Positions 44,646 to 57,116 of a stretch of DNA of 64,000 nucleotides are shown here, piece by piece. Source of the DNA: Blastocystis sp. Blastoise (Eukaryota; Protista; Bigyra: Opalinata). Every line of letters begins with the position of its first letter. Position 1 is the stretch's first letter. Made by a program: the position numbers and the translations under genes. The stretch covers positions 686,326-750,325 of the forward strand of contig JBBPEB010000023.1 of NCBI GenBank assembly GCA_039096225.1, given 5' to 3'. The notes under the pieces are model-generated. The model was not told where the DNA came from. It did no database searches and worked only from the letters and a program-made list of their open reading frames with translations.

Positions 44646-47600
44646 TTTTTATGCATCAAATATTTTTTTCAGACATAATTTTTGTCACTAATTTTTGAAT
44701 ACTATTAGAATACATTATCCTTTATATGTATTTTTTAATATTTTTCGTAGTAAAAAATTTTTATAGTTTATCTATTCTTGGGATCAACTCGATTTTTCGA
44801 ATAGCATAATATTTTTATGATTACTTTTTGTTTTTTTAAATATATTAAACTAATTTAACCCTAAAACAGAAATTTTATGTGCTTATTGATATCACAGTAT
44901 TATTTATATCAGATAACTTCCTCTTTTGTGACGATTTCCATAACAATAAAAAACAATTGAATATAAAATATATATGTTTATTATTCGAAGGTTAAAAGAA
45001 TATCATAAATTTCTATTATATTTTCTGTGTGTTAATTAAACTTTAAAAGGTAGTGAACATTTTTATAAACAAGCTAAAAGTGAGAGTGAATCTGAAACCT
45101 ATGCTTAAGAAATTGATAATAATTATATATTTTTGATATTTATACTTATAATATAAAATTTAAGAAATTGATTTAATATATTTCATTGATTAACTGTATA
45201 TTTTGGATAATCATATCATACCAAATAACTCAACTGCTTCTTTCCATACTTTCTTTGAGTTTTAATTTTGTTTTTGTTTTCTGTTTTATCTATTGTTTTT
45301 TCTTTTGAAAATATTATGTTATTGTTGAACATAGCAAGATAAGAACAAAAGAAAGCATTCAAAATGTTCGATTATTCTTAAACAATTATGCACATAACAT
45401 TTATTATATATATATTTAGAATTTGTAAATAAATTTTTATATCATAAACATCTAAAAGCGAATATTTTCATATGTTTTTCTATTTCCATCTGAGATAGCT
45501 CTTAAATAATCATCAATGAATAATATATATAAAATAACATATATATATATCGTTTAAAAAATATATATAATCATTTATTTTCCTAATCACACACTCTTGA
45601 CATTTGAAAAGACTTAAATATTTTTATGTTTCTATCAAATGAATTAATCAATAATACCAAAATACCATATAGTAACATTTATATCAAAATAAACAGATAT
45701 ATAAAAAAAATTATTAAGTACATGTTTAAAATTGAATAATACAAAATATTTTCCGGAACAATGCTAATTTCTAGCTATTTTAATAATATATATTTTTTGT
45801 AAATTTTGCCCCATAATGGTCTACACCAATAAAATGTTCGTATTCAAAATATATAATTATTATTCTGGACAAGTAGAATTATTATATCAAGTTGATATAG
45901 GCACAAATTTATTAAAAGCAATCCAAATATTTATTATGATTAAACGCTTTATATAATGCTCAGAATTTTCATATTCATATAGTAAAAGCAAAGGCATTTA
46001 AATTATTATTAATAGCAGGCATAAAAAATATATGAATCAACATATTCATATATTCTTAGAAACTACATATTTATTCTAAAAGATATAAAATTCTCCATAA
46101 GCAAAAAATGGAATAGCTAACAATAGAGAATGATGAATACATATTAGTGATAAATGATTTTTTTAGAAAAATTCAAAAAGAATTAAAAACAAGTCTTTTA
46201 TTAAATGATAAATAAAAATAATGATGAAAACGTAGGTTTAGAGGATATTAAAGTATATAGTATAATAATATGAAATACAAACTTAATTCCAAAAAATAAC
46301 ATACTATAGAAATGTTATAAGAAATTAATAATGATATAATTTTTTTTGCTTAATATTAGTTTTTTAAATAGTTTAATTTTTTTAGAGTTCTGTTGTTTGA
46401 TATCATAAATTGATTATGAAAATATATAGCTTAAAAACTTATTTTAAAGTTACAGAAGATGTAGCAATGAGATCAATTTGAATTAGATTTTTATTTAATG
46501 TGTTGATTTGCTATTTCTTTTTATGAGTATTTATTGTATTACATCAATTATGTTATTTTATGGAAGAAACTCAACTTTTGTGGTAATTATAATTAAATAT
46601 TTGACTGCCACTATAAGATAAGTTTGATTGTATTAATACAAAAAAAAGAAGTTTTCCAAAATGTATTTTTATGTCAAATGCTAGATATAAGTCTCAAATA
46701 TTAGTTTTTTTATAGAGAGATTATCCAAACCAGAAAGGGGTAATAACATGTTTAAAAAGTAAAATATTTAGTTTATTTACAATAAAAACACAGCCTTTTT
46801 TGTTACTAGCTAAATATTTTTATTTTTTTTAGAGTATTGGTGAGTTTGGGTTTTTATATATTTTATTACATAAAAAAAATAGATTCTTAATATAAAAACA
46901 ATAAAAACTAACAATAATATAAGTGCTTGATAAAAAAATAGTTCTATTTCTATTATTTAAATATGTATCAAGTATTTTCTTGAATATTTAGATTAATTCT
47001 TTAACATATTTTTTATAATTTTTCTGCTTTTATATTAAATAAGAGAAAGTCACTTATAACCAATTTTAAATAAATGCTATCTTTGAGCTATATATGTGTA
47101 ATTGCATTGTATTGTAATAAACACTTCAAAAAGAAGAAAAATAAAAAACTCAAAATAATATATTTTCAAAATAATGCAAATATACTTGATATACATATTT
47201 ATACACGATTGAGACTTTAATTATATTTTTCTGTATTTCAATTCTTATATTTCAATAATGTATAAGCAATTTGAGTTAGTATTCATAAATATTTTTATAT
47301 ACACTACAGTTTAAGTATATATATATATATATATATATATATTCTAATGACTTTTATGTTGAGATTAGCAAATTAAACTATATACAATTGAAGGATAAAA
47401 CTAAAAAAAATGTCTAAATTATTGGTATTATTAAGCCATCTATTTATTTATATAAACATTATATGCCACTTAATTTTTTAAGAAAAATGATTGGATAAAC
47501 ATTTCGTTTTTGCCAGTATAATAAATTATAAAAAGTCCTTACAGATGTTCTCATATTTTTGTGAGCAGTGTAGAATGACAGCAGAAAACAGCCTATTTGA

Positions 47601-48239
47601 CAATGGAAAAACCAACAAATAGTGTCGAAAATGATGGAGATATTGTCATGCACGCGTCAATCATAGGTTGTGTTTAATATTAAAAAAGCTTATACATATG
47701 CTTTCTATTATATTACAAGCTATTTTAAAAATTATGCGTTTACAAAACACTTGGCTATAAATAATTTGCTGAAAATTTTTTTCTCCAAATTAGAATACCA
47801 TAAAAATATCGTTGTCACGTTTTAAAACTTATATATATATATCTATTTAATAAACAAATAACATTTAATGTTCATACATAACTATAGCTATGTTTTTAGT
47901 TCAAATAAGAAATTTTCTCTCCAAGACACACAAATTTTTTTTTATCGAAAATATATATTTTCTTCATAAAAATCTGAAATCGTTTTTGAATCTTTAAAAA
48001 ATTAGAATAGTTGCATAAAATTTCATATATATTATTTATAAATGTAACAACTTGTTATAAATACAAAAAAAATTATGTTTTTAATAATATATTGTTTATC
48101 GTTTAACTAAATCATTATATATATATATATTTACTAAAAAACTAACAAATTATATACAGCTTCAAAATCAATTATTATTTCATAAAAGGCTACTCTTTGT
48201 AATATTTTTTGACAAAATATTTTGTTTAAATATTGTATA

Positions 48240-48932
48240 ATGAACTATTCTTACAGAAGGTATGATAATAGTATTTATATCTATTATTACTTTTATGATT
48301 TATATTCTATTTAATTAATTTATTCATTATTCTTTAGTTTGGTATTCATTGTAATCTTGATTATAACATTTGTTCCAATAGTGACGAGAGTTTTTCAAGT
48401 TAATTTTTTTTTTAATTCTTTAGGTAAAAATTTTTCTTCTCATTATTTAAATAATTCTTTTTTAAATAAAACTGAATTCAAAATGAAAGTTTCACACAAC
48501 AATTTTCATCCATTTGTAATCAATTCAATCAATGAAACAATTTTTTTTCATCCTTCTCTTATAATTGTAATTAAAACAAAGAAGATAACAGAAAAAACAC
48601 TTGAATTATCATTATTGAATTCTATTCATATTAATCGTCAACAAATATTTATTATTCAAACAAATACTCAAAAAGAATATCAATATTTTCCTTATGAATC
48701 TACAATCTGTTCTAATATTTCATTTCCTTATTGTATTTACACAAATTATGATCAAACTGATAATTTTTCATTCTTTTTATCTATTTTTTATCCTTCAGAT
48801 TATATTTTATTTATAGATGAAGATCAATTAACTTTAGATATTAAAGAAAAATTAACTAATGAATGGCTTTTTAATGCTATTAATTCTATTGAAAATAATA
48901 ATATTAATTTATTTTCTTGTTCTTCTACAATT

Positions 48933-49007
<75 letters not shown>

Positions 49008-49172
49008 TTAAATGAGAATAATATACAATTAAATACTTGTTTATTAGTTAAACAAGGATTAATTAGAAAAATATTATCTTATACATCAATTAATAAAAAT
49101 ATTATGAATGTAATGGATTATATTCCTTATTTCTTTCAAATAGAAAAGAAAACTATGTTTTATGATTCATTT

Positions 49173-49205
<33 letters not shown>

Positions 49206-50072
49206 AAAATTATTCATCCTTCTATTCTTCCTCAAATATTTAAATGTATTTATAATAATGATAATAAAAGTGATAATTCACTTACTTTATTATTACCTAT
49301 ATATAAGAGAATAGCTTCTTTAAATGTACTAAATCTAATAGAAAATCAAACAAAGAAACCAGATATAATAGTAATATTACAAAATTTACATTATATAGAA
49401 TTTCCAAAAGAAGCATTTTTAAATCGTACTATGCCTACTTATTATATATGGTGTAGTAATTGGAATAGTAAATATCATATGAAAACATTTTTAGCTTCTA
49501 TATTTACTACAACATTTGCAATGACAACAGATGATGATTTTTATATTGATGATTATAATGCTATAAATAATATTCTAGATTTATTAAAGAAAAGAGAATG
49601 CATGTATGGTATTACAGGAGGATTAAATTGGAGTAATCTAAAAGGTAAAAAATTCTTAAACCTGAAAAGAACAGATTATATAGTTGATCATGCTGCAGTT
49701 ATAGTATTTTTACGACCAAGAATGTCAAAAATTAATATGAGATATAAACAAGCTACTTATGACTATGGTGAAGATATTAGCTTAGGTGCTATAAATTATT
49801 TAGAATGTAATACAACTAGTCATAGGAATAGCTTTCATACTCATAATCATTCAGGTGACCAATTTCGAACTTTTGATAAGAAAGATAATACGATGAATAC
49901 AAATAGTTATAAAAACATATCTCTCCCAAAATTTAAAAATTTATTCATTAAAATGAATTACGAACAAGTGTATAAATATTATATAAATATGGGATATAAA
50001 AGCTATTTCTACCGAATAAATAATGAAAAAGTTGAAAAAATTTATGATGGAAGGTTGCCTATTAAATACTAA
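48240..50072 (+). CDS. GT-A fold (GT2-like) glycosyltransferase, type II membrane; paralog A
   Basis: ATG at 48240, intron 48260-48337, hydrophobic anchor. Motifs 'LTLLLPIYKR', 'AMTTDDDFYI' (DxD) and 'YGEDISL'. Clearly similar to the genes at 57117 and 62075. Confidence 0.7.
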
Positions 50073-52203
50073 ATATTATTATTCTTCATAATTTGTGTTC
50101 TTAAATAGAATTAATAAGAATTATTCAAAACTATATTTTTACAAATATATTTTTTATGATGTTTCATATAACTTGATAAGCCTTCAATAATTTCCTTTTT
50201 ATTTATTTATTTATATAATTTTAAATTCGTTAAAACAAACTTCTTATCACACAAAATCTTAATATATATGATTCATAATTTTATGAAAACTTTGCTATGG
50301 TTATTTTGACTTTTATTCTGTATATTATAAAACAAAAAAAAATTATATAATTATGTATTCCAAATATTTTTTATAAAAATTGTTTTGATAAAATAGAAAT
50401 TGCATTTGTTTTACAAAATATAGAAATGATATTGTAAAAAAAAATCAAATAATTTATTGCACATATAATTTATTTATAATAATTTTACAATCATATATTT
50501 TTCTGTATAGTAAAAGAAAAGATTTAATTATTTTAGACTACTTGAAAAATATTTAATAATTTTTATTCTTGTAAAAAAAGTACTTATTTAGTATCACAAC
50601 ATTTTTATCGTTGTTTATTTTTATATTTCACACAATATTCAATATTTTAAAATGTATATAATTGCTTTTTCCTTGCAATATATATAATATATATAATATA
50701 TATATATACTATTATACTAGATCTCTTTTCTTAAGTTTTTTTTGTTCATGAATTGTCACATATATCTGTGTTATTTTTTATCAATAATTTAATGCTATTT
50801 TTTTATATTAATCCATATTAAATCTGACTTCAAATGACTTTTTGTGAAATTCATTGCAACTATCTAAAAATATAGGGAAGACGCTGATTAAAATTTTACT
50901 AAATAATGCTGAATATTTATTTCACCATAGGATACTAAGCTTATTTAAGATTGTTCATGTGCTTTTTAACAAAAACTATTAATTTTCTTTAAAAAAAATG
51001 AGTTTAAAAAAATGGTATACAAAAGAAATATTCTCAAAAACAATCAGCCAGAAACTAAGTCGGTATCATTTTTTTTTAAATTTTCTTTTAATATAGTGAT
51101 AAATGATTTTTTAACTCTATGTATTTCAATATTCTTTATTAGGATATATATATATATATATTTTATTTGATTTTTTTAACATTAATAGCTTAGAAATGTT
51201 GACATATATCAATTAAAAAGTGTCAAAAGTTTTTCAAATTATGTGTAGACATATTATAAAGCAAATGAACTTACTGGTAATGTTTATATCAAGCAAAAAA
51301 AAACATACAGTCTATTTTTCAATAGCAAAATTTAACAAATTTTTAACAAATTGAAAAAACAAAAATGTCAAAAGATACAAAAATCTGAAACTTGATTTTA
51401 AATTTTGTTTTACTTAAATAAAATGTATTTTTAATTTATTTTATTTCATGATATCTTTTTTATTTACGAAAAATATATTATGGTATATGTTATATTTCCT
51501 TTTCTTTATATGACTTAATTGATTTCTTTATTTTAGAATTAAATATTTTTATTTTCAAAAACTTATTGTATTTTAAACAAGACTTATATTCCAAATGATC
51601 CAATTAGATCAAAAATACATTTTGTATCAAGTTATTTTGCCAGTTTTATTTATTTATTTACTTTTAGTTAGATTATTAATTATTATTTATGGTGTTGTAT
51701 TTCTTTTGTATTGGATCAACTATTGTGAATGTATATTTTTATTAATTAATATAATCAATAACTTGACAACATTATATGATATCTGATAAGAAATAACAAA
51801 AAAAATCAGTCTTTTTTATATGACTGAATAGAATATAAATGAAAATTTGATTACCAAAAGAATAAAAGGTGTAACAATTTCTATGATATTTACTCTCCAG
51901 CAAAAAAACATAGAGAAAGACTGTGATATTTTAATTAAAAAAGAAAAAAAAATCATTACTTATCCTATAGCAAATTTTCTATGGAAAAAGAATAAAAATA
52001 TAAAATAATTATTATAAATTTATATTTTTATATAAGGAATAAATGAAATAAAATCATGAATTTTGTTATATTTTTTTAGACTTTTACATATATAATACAT
52101 ACATATTTAAATATAAGAAACAAAAGAGTGGTGGCTATTTTTATTCTTTTTTCTATAAAAATATTTTTGATTTTATTATTTATTCATAGATATATTAATA
52201 GCA

Positions 52204-53783
52204 ATGTTTTATCTTTATTATGTTCTATTTTTTGGAATAATGCTATTTTTATTATATTTTCATTTTAATATGCAAATGTATTCTAACAAGAAAATGACAA
52301 TGAATACTTTTGCGCAATTAGAACATAGTAACTTATCATATTACGTAACTATGAGTGTTAAAAATACAAAACACAATTCATCTGAATATATAGAATCATT
52401 TCGACAATATTCAAATGACGATTTTCATTTTCAAGGTATTGATTCAAATAATAAGATTTTATTTCTTATATGAAACTATTATTATAATTGTATTAATCTA
52501 TTATTATTTTTTTTATATTTTTAGAATTCAAAAATTATTATGAATGGGATTATGATGTAATGCAGTATTATATTGATCCTAATAATACTTCATTTGAATC
52601 TTTTTTTGAATACTATAAGACAGTTCAAACAAGATGTGAGAACAAAACATTATCTAGAAATATTATTGTTTTTGAACCTACCACCTCTGGAATGGGTAAT
52701 AAGCTTTTAGGTTTATCATTAGCTATGTACTTTGCTATGATGACTAATAGCCACTTTATGAGTATGTAATTATATAATGTAATTGAATTTTTTTTTTTTA
52801 ATTATATTTCTTATATATTCTATATTTTGATCCTACTATTACTAAAGTTGTTTTATTTAAAAAATGTTTATAAATATAGTCTGTAATTGGCCTTCTTTTC
52901 CATTCTATTTCAATTTATCATTTCCTATAACTGTTACAGGTTGTAAAAGTATACATAATAATTATTAATATTATATATATATATAACTTTTTAATAATAA
53001 TTAGATGAAATTTGATTTCTATATATAGAATTAAACATTTCTAAAACTATATACTATACATCTCCATGTATAAATCATGGCAATGCTATTTTCCCTCCTT
53101 TATCTACATTATTTAATACTTCTTTAACAAGAATAACAATAAATTGTGGTGTAATCGATAGAATTCAATTGAGTAATCATATGAAAATGTTCCTTAATCT
53201 ATATAATATTAATAGTAAAGAAAATAATCGTGTATTTATTAGGAGTAGAGTTTTACATAATTTTTTAAATTATATGATATATCCAAGTAAGTATGTAGAA
53301 GATTCTATTAATGAGAAATATAAATCTTTTTCTTCTTATGATACAATTGGTATTCACTTACGTTTTGGGAAATATTCAGATTTTAATAAAACCAAAGATA
53401 AAAATGATGTATTCCTAATTCCTTCAGATATTGATTATTTTATTTCAGTAGCAAAAATAATATCGAAAAGAATAAAAAGTAATAAAATAAAGTGGTATAT
53501 CTCCTCAGACAGCACATTTTATAAGAATCAATTACAGCAACAATATCCAAACCAAGTTATTACTCTTAATACCACAGTTATTCATTCTGGACTTTCCTCT
53601 ATAACTGGCTATTCTAATGGTGTTGTTGATTCTATTTCAGAAATGTATTTGTTGTCCAAATGCAAATATATTATTCGTTATTCAGAAAGTTCATTCAGTT
53701 CTATTTCTTGTTCTCTTAAAGATGATGAAAATTGTGTCATTGTATATAAGAATAAAAAAACAAATAAATTAACATTTAAATAG
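52204..53783 (+). CDS. Fucosyltransferase-like protein (GT11/GT37/NodZ-type GT-B fold)
   Basis: Signal anchor. 'SGMGNKLLGL', 'IGIHLRFG' (motif I), 'WYISSDS' (motif II) and 'EMYLLSKCKYII...SSFS' (motif III). About 4 exons. Confidence 0.8.
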
Positions 53784-56019
53784 AATATTTTTTTATTTTA
53801 AAGATGATTGCGTATTTTTAGTCATAAATTTATAGATAGATTTGTACATTTTTTTTATAAATTATTATAGAGTTTTCTTATTATTATTTTTCTGGTATGA
53901 TTTTTGATAATTTACAAATATCTATTTTTATTTATTCTTAAACAATAATGACTTTCCGATATTTTTAACATTCTACCTTATTATGATCATTCTTTTATTT
54001 TTATATCTTGATTATTTGAGCTATTTTTTCTATTATTTATTAACTCACTAATTCTAGTATTGCTTTTATTGAATTTAGTAACAAAAAAATAATAACACTT
54101 GGTAAATGAATCTAGTCATAATTTATAGTATTCTTATTTATTAATAAATTTAGTTTTTTAATTATATAATTGTTATTAATCTTAATAAAATGAAACTCAA
54201 TTATTTGAAAAATAGTTAGGGAAATGCTAGTATAATTTCTAAGATATTTAAGAAGATTTTTAATATGTAATATTTTTATTAACTCAATAAAGAATAAAAA
54301 ATTAATTATATAAATGTTTAAATTAGTAAAATATAATTTTAGATTATTATATATAATAAACTTAAGAAAACAATATTCTAGGTATTTAGAAGTTAAATTA
54401 GATAAATAATATTTTAAAATTACTGAAAGATCTGGGAGTAGTATCACGTCAGCAATACATTATTTGATTTTTATGTGGATTCCAGAAATTTCTAAAGAAT
54501 TTTTGGGTAGTGGTTTTTGCATTATTTAAAAGTCCCCAAAAAAATATATTCGTCTCTTGTATCGAAAAAAAAATGTGTATTTTATATACAATGCCTTTCA
54601 AACTGTTTGTGACACTTGATGTGACTGTCACAATAAGACAATTTCAATCAGAATTGATATGACTGATCATTAAAAAATTTTATTTCATTGTTAACACTTC
54701 TCAAGAGTGTCACAAATAATGTGGCACTTACTATCAAAAAAGAAACTCATAAAAGAGACAACTTAAGAATATAAATATAAACATAAAGATGTTCTACATT
54801 CAAGTATAGTTTTTAAATAGTACATTTATAAATATAAATATCTAATTTCTTATTATAAATATTTAATAAAATAACATTTAAAAAGTAAGATAAAAAATAT
54901 AAACTATTATAATAAATAAATATAAAAATAGAATAATTTAATTACAATAATAAAAAATAATTATTATAAAACTATTATAAATACACAGTTAAATTTACAA
55001 ATAGAACATAAAAAGTACTTTAGAGAATCAGAAATCCTTTTATGCTACAAAAAAGATTTATTAATCAAATAAAGCGTATTTAAAAAATAATAATATACAA
55101 AAAGTATTTTTGATCTGTTAGGCCATTTAGAATGACATACAATTCAATTTCATAATAGAGAGAGTTACATATCTTTAAAAGACCTGATACCTAAATAAAT
55201 AAGTGAATAAAGTAAAATAGAATACAAAAGATTCAACAAGCCTGAAATGTAGACAATTTACCTAAATAGAAAATGATATAAACAAATTCAATATATAATC
55301 ATTCATCAAGTTCATAAAAAAAAAGTAAAATACCTGGTTTATATTTTTGTTGTTTTCTAGAAAAGATTTTGTTTTAATAAAAATTGACTGTCTAACTTTT
55401 CTTTATGTTTATTAATAAACATAATAAAATAAGTCATTCTATTTATATCATAAGTCTATATAGTCTATTAAATTCATTTTGATACCTTTTTATAAAAAAA
55501 AAACAACATTTCCAAAACACTAATATTAAGAAAAACAGATCAGAAACGAGCACTTTTTATCAAATAAAGACTTTATTGATAGAATATAAATACACAAAAT
55601 TCATATTAACTCTATACGAGAAGAATAAAGAAGAATAGAAAAAGTATTATCGACTTTTATTTATTTTTCTTATATTTTGGATAAATTCCTTCTCTAAACC
55701 ATTTCTTAGAAGATCATTTTTGTAAGAAATATTATTAGACTATATTATAAAATCAACCAATCAAAACTTGTAAATAGACCACCCTGCCTCATATTGTTAA
55801 TTGGGAAACTATATGAAGTAAGAAATACTAATATGAAAAAATGTGTAAGTGCCAATTATAAAATAGTATGAAATGTTTATTAAATAAAAGAATTCAAAAA
55901 TAAATATCACTCCTAATGATATAAACCAAATCAGTATTGATTGATTATTTCATAAGATGTCACTTATATATATATATATATAATACATAACATCAACAAT
56001 TATTGTAAATATTTTTTGC

Positions 56020-56700
56020 TATGTCAGTATTATATTCATTTATTTATTATGTGACATCAGCATAATATTCCTATTTAATTCTGACATAAGCAAAAAATGC
56101 ATATTATTTTGCTGACATCAACATTATATTAGTCTATTTATTAGTGACATCAGTATTATATTAGTCTGTTTATTAGTGACGTCAGTATTATATTCATTTA
56201 TTTATTGTTGACGTCAACATTATATTATTCTATTTATTATGTGACGTCAATATTATATTAGTCTATTTATTGGTGACATCAACATTATATTAGTCTATTT
56301 ATTAGTGACATCAGTATTTTATTCATTTATTTATTGTTGACGTCAGTATTATACTATTCTATTTATTAGTGACGTCAACATTATATTAGTCTATTTATTA
56401 GTGACATCAGTATTTTATTCATTTATTTATTGTTGACGTCAGTATTATATTTCTATTTAATGCTGATATAAGCATTATATTATATATTATTTTGCTGACA
56501 TCAGTATTATATTTATTTATTTATTATGTGACGTCAGTATTATATTTATTTATTTATTATGTGACGTCAACATTAAATAATTCTATTTATTAGTGACGTC
56601 AATATTATATTATTCTATTTATTAGTGACATCAGTATTTTATTCATTTATTTATTAGTGACGTCAGTATTATATTCATTTATTTATTAATGACATCAGCA
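56020..56700 (+). repeat. Tandem array 2: about 21 units, about 32 bp period, TGACGTCA/TGACATCA cores
   Basis: Cores at 56052, 56082, 56113, 56145, 56177, 56209, 56242, 56274, 56306, 56338, 56370, 56402, 56434, 56464 (degenerate), 56496, 56529, 56562, 56594, 56626, 56658 and 56690. Confidence 0.95.
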
Positions 56701-57116
56701 TATATTTTTGTTGATATCTATAGTTTTACAAATCTTTGAATAATAGAACATACAAACATTTTGTATAATTATTTTTAATAGAATGACACAAAATATCAAA
56801 AAAATATGATTATTGTTTTAAAAACATCATTCTGTTCCTTTTTAGGTTTCAATTATCTAAATTTTATTTCTTTATTATTTATATCAAAAAAATCACCAAA
56901 ATTATGTAAATAAAAATTATATTTATTAAGAATTGAAAGGAATTATTTCATAAAACCATTTAATTACTAAATCTATATATGACAAATATTGGTGATACAA
57001 AACTAATGTTCCTTTTATACTATTATACCTTTCAAAGCAACCAGTTTTGCATACAATATCAAACACAATAAAATAAACTTAGAATAATTTGAAAATATTA
57101 ATACTAAGGACGATAT

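Noticed and set aside
43668-54631. Short hydrophobic ORFs 43668-43874, 47459-47653, 51595-51786, 54112-54447 and 54449-54631
   Set aside because: Their composition (I/L/F/K/N/Y) is what random AT-rich DNA yields. They have no motifs or splice-consistent extensions.
41507-57116. Autonomous transposon or integrated virus bounded by the two arrays
   Set aside because: No transposase, integrase, reverse transcriptase or capsid-like ORF was seen. The arrays are in direct orientation, and no terminal inverted repeats or target-site duplication were identified.
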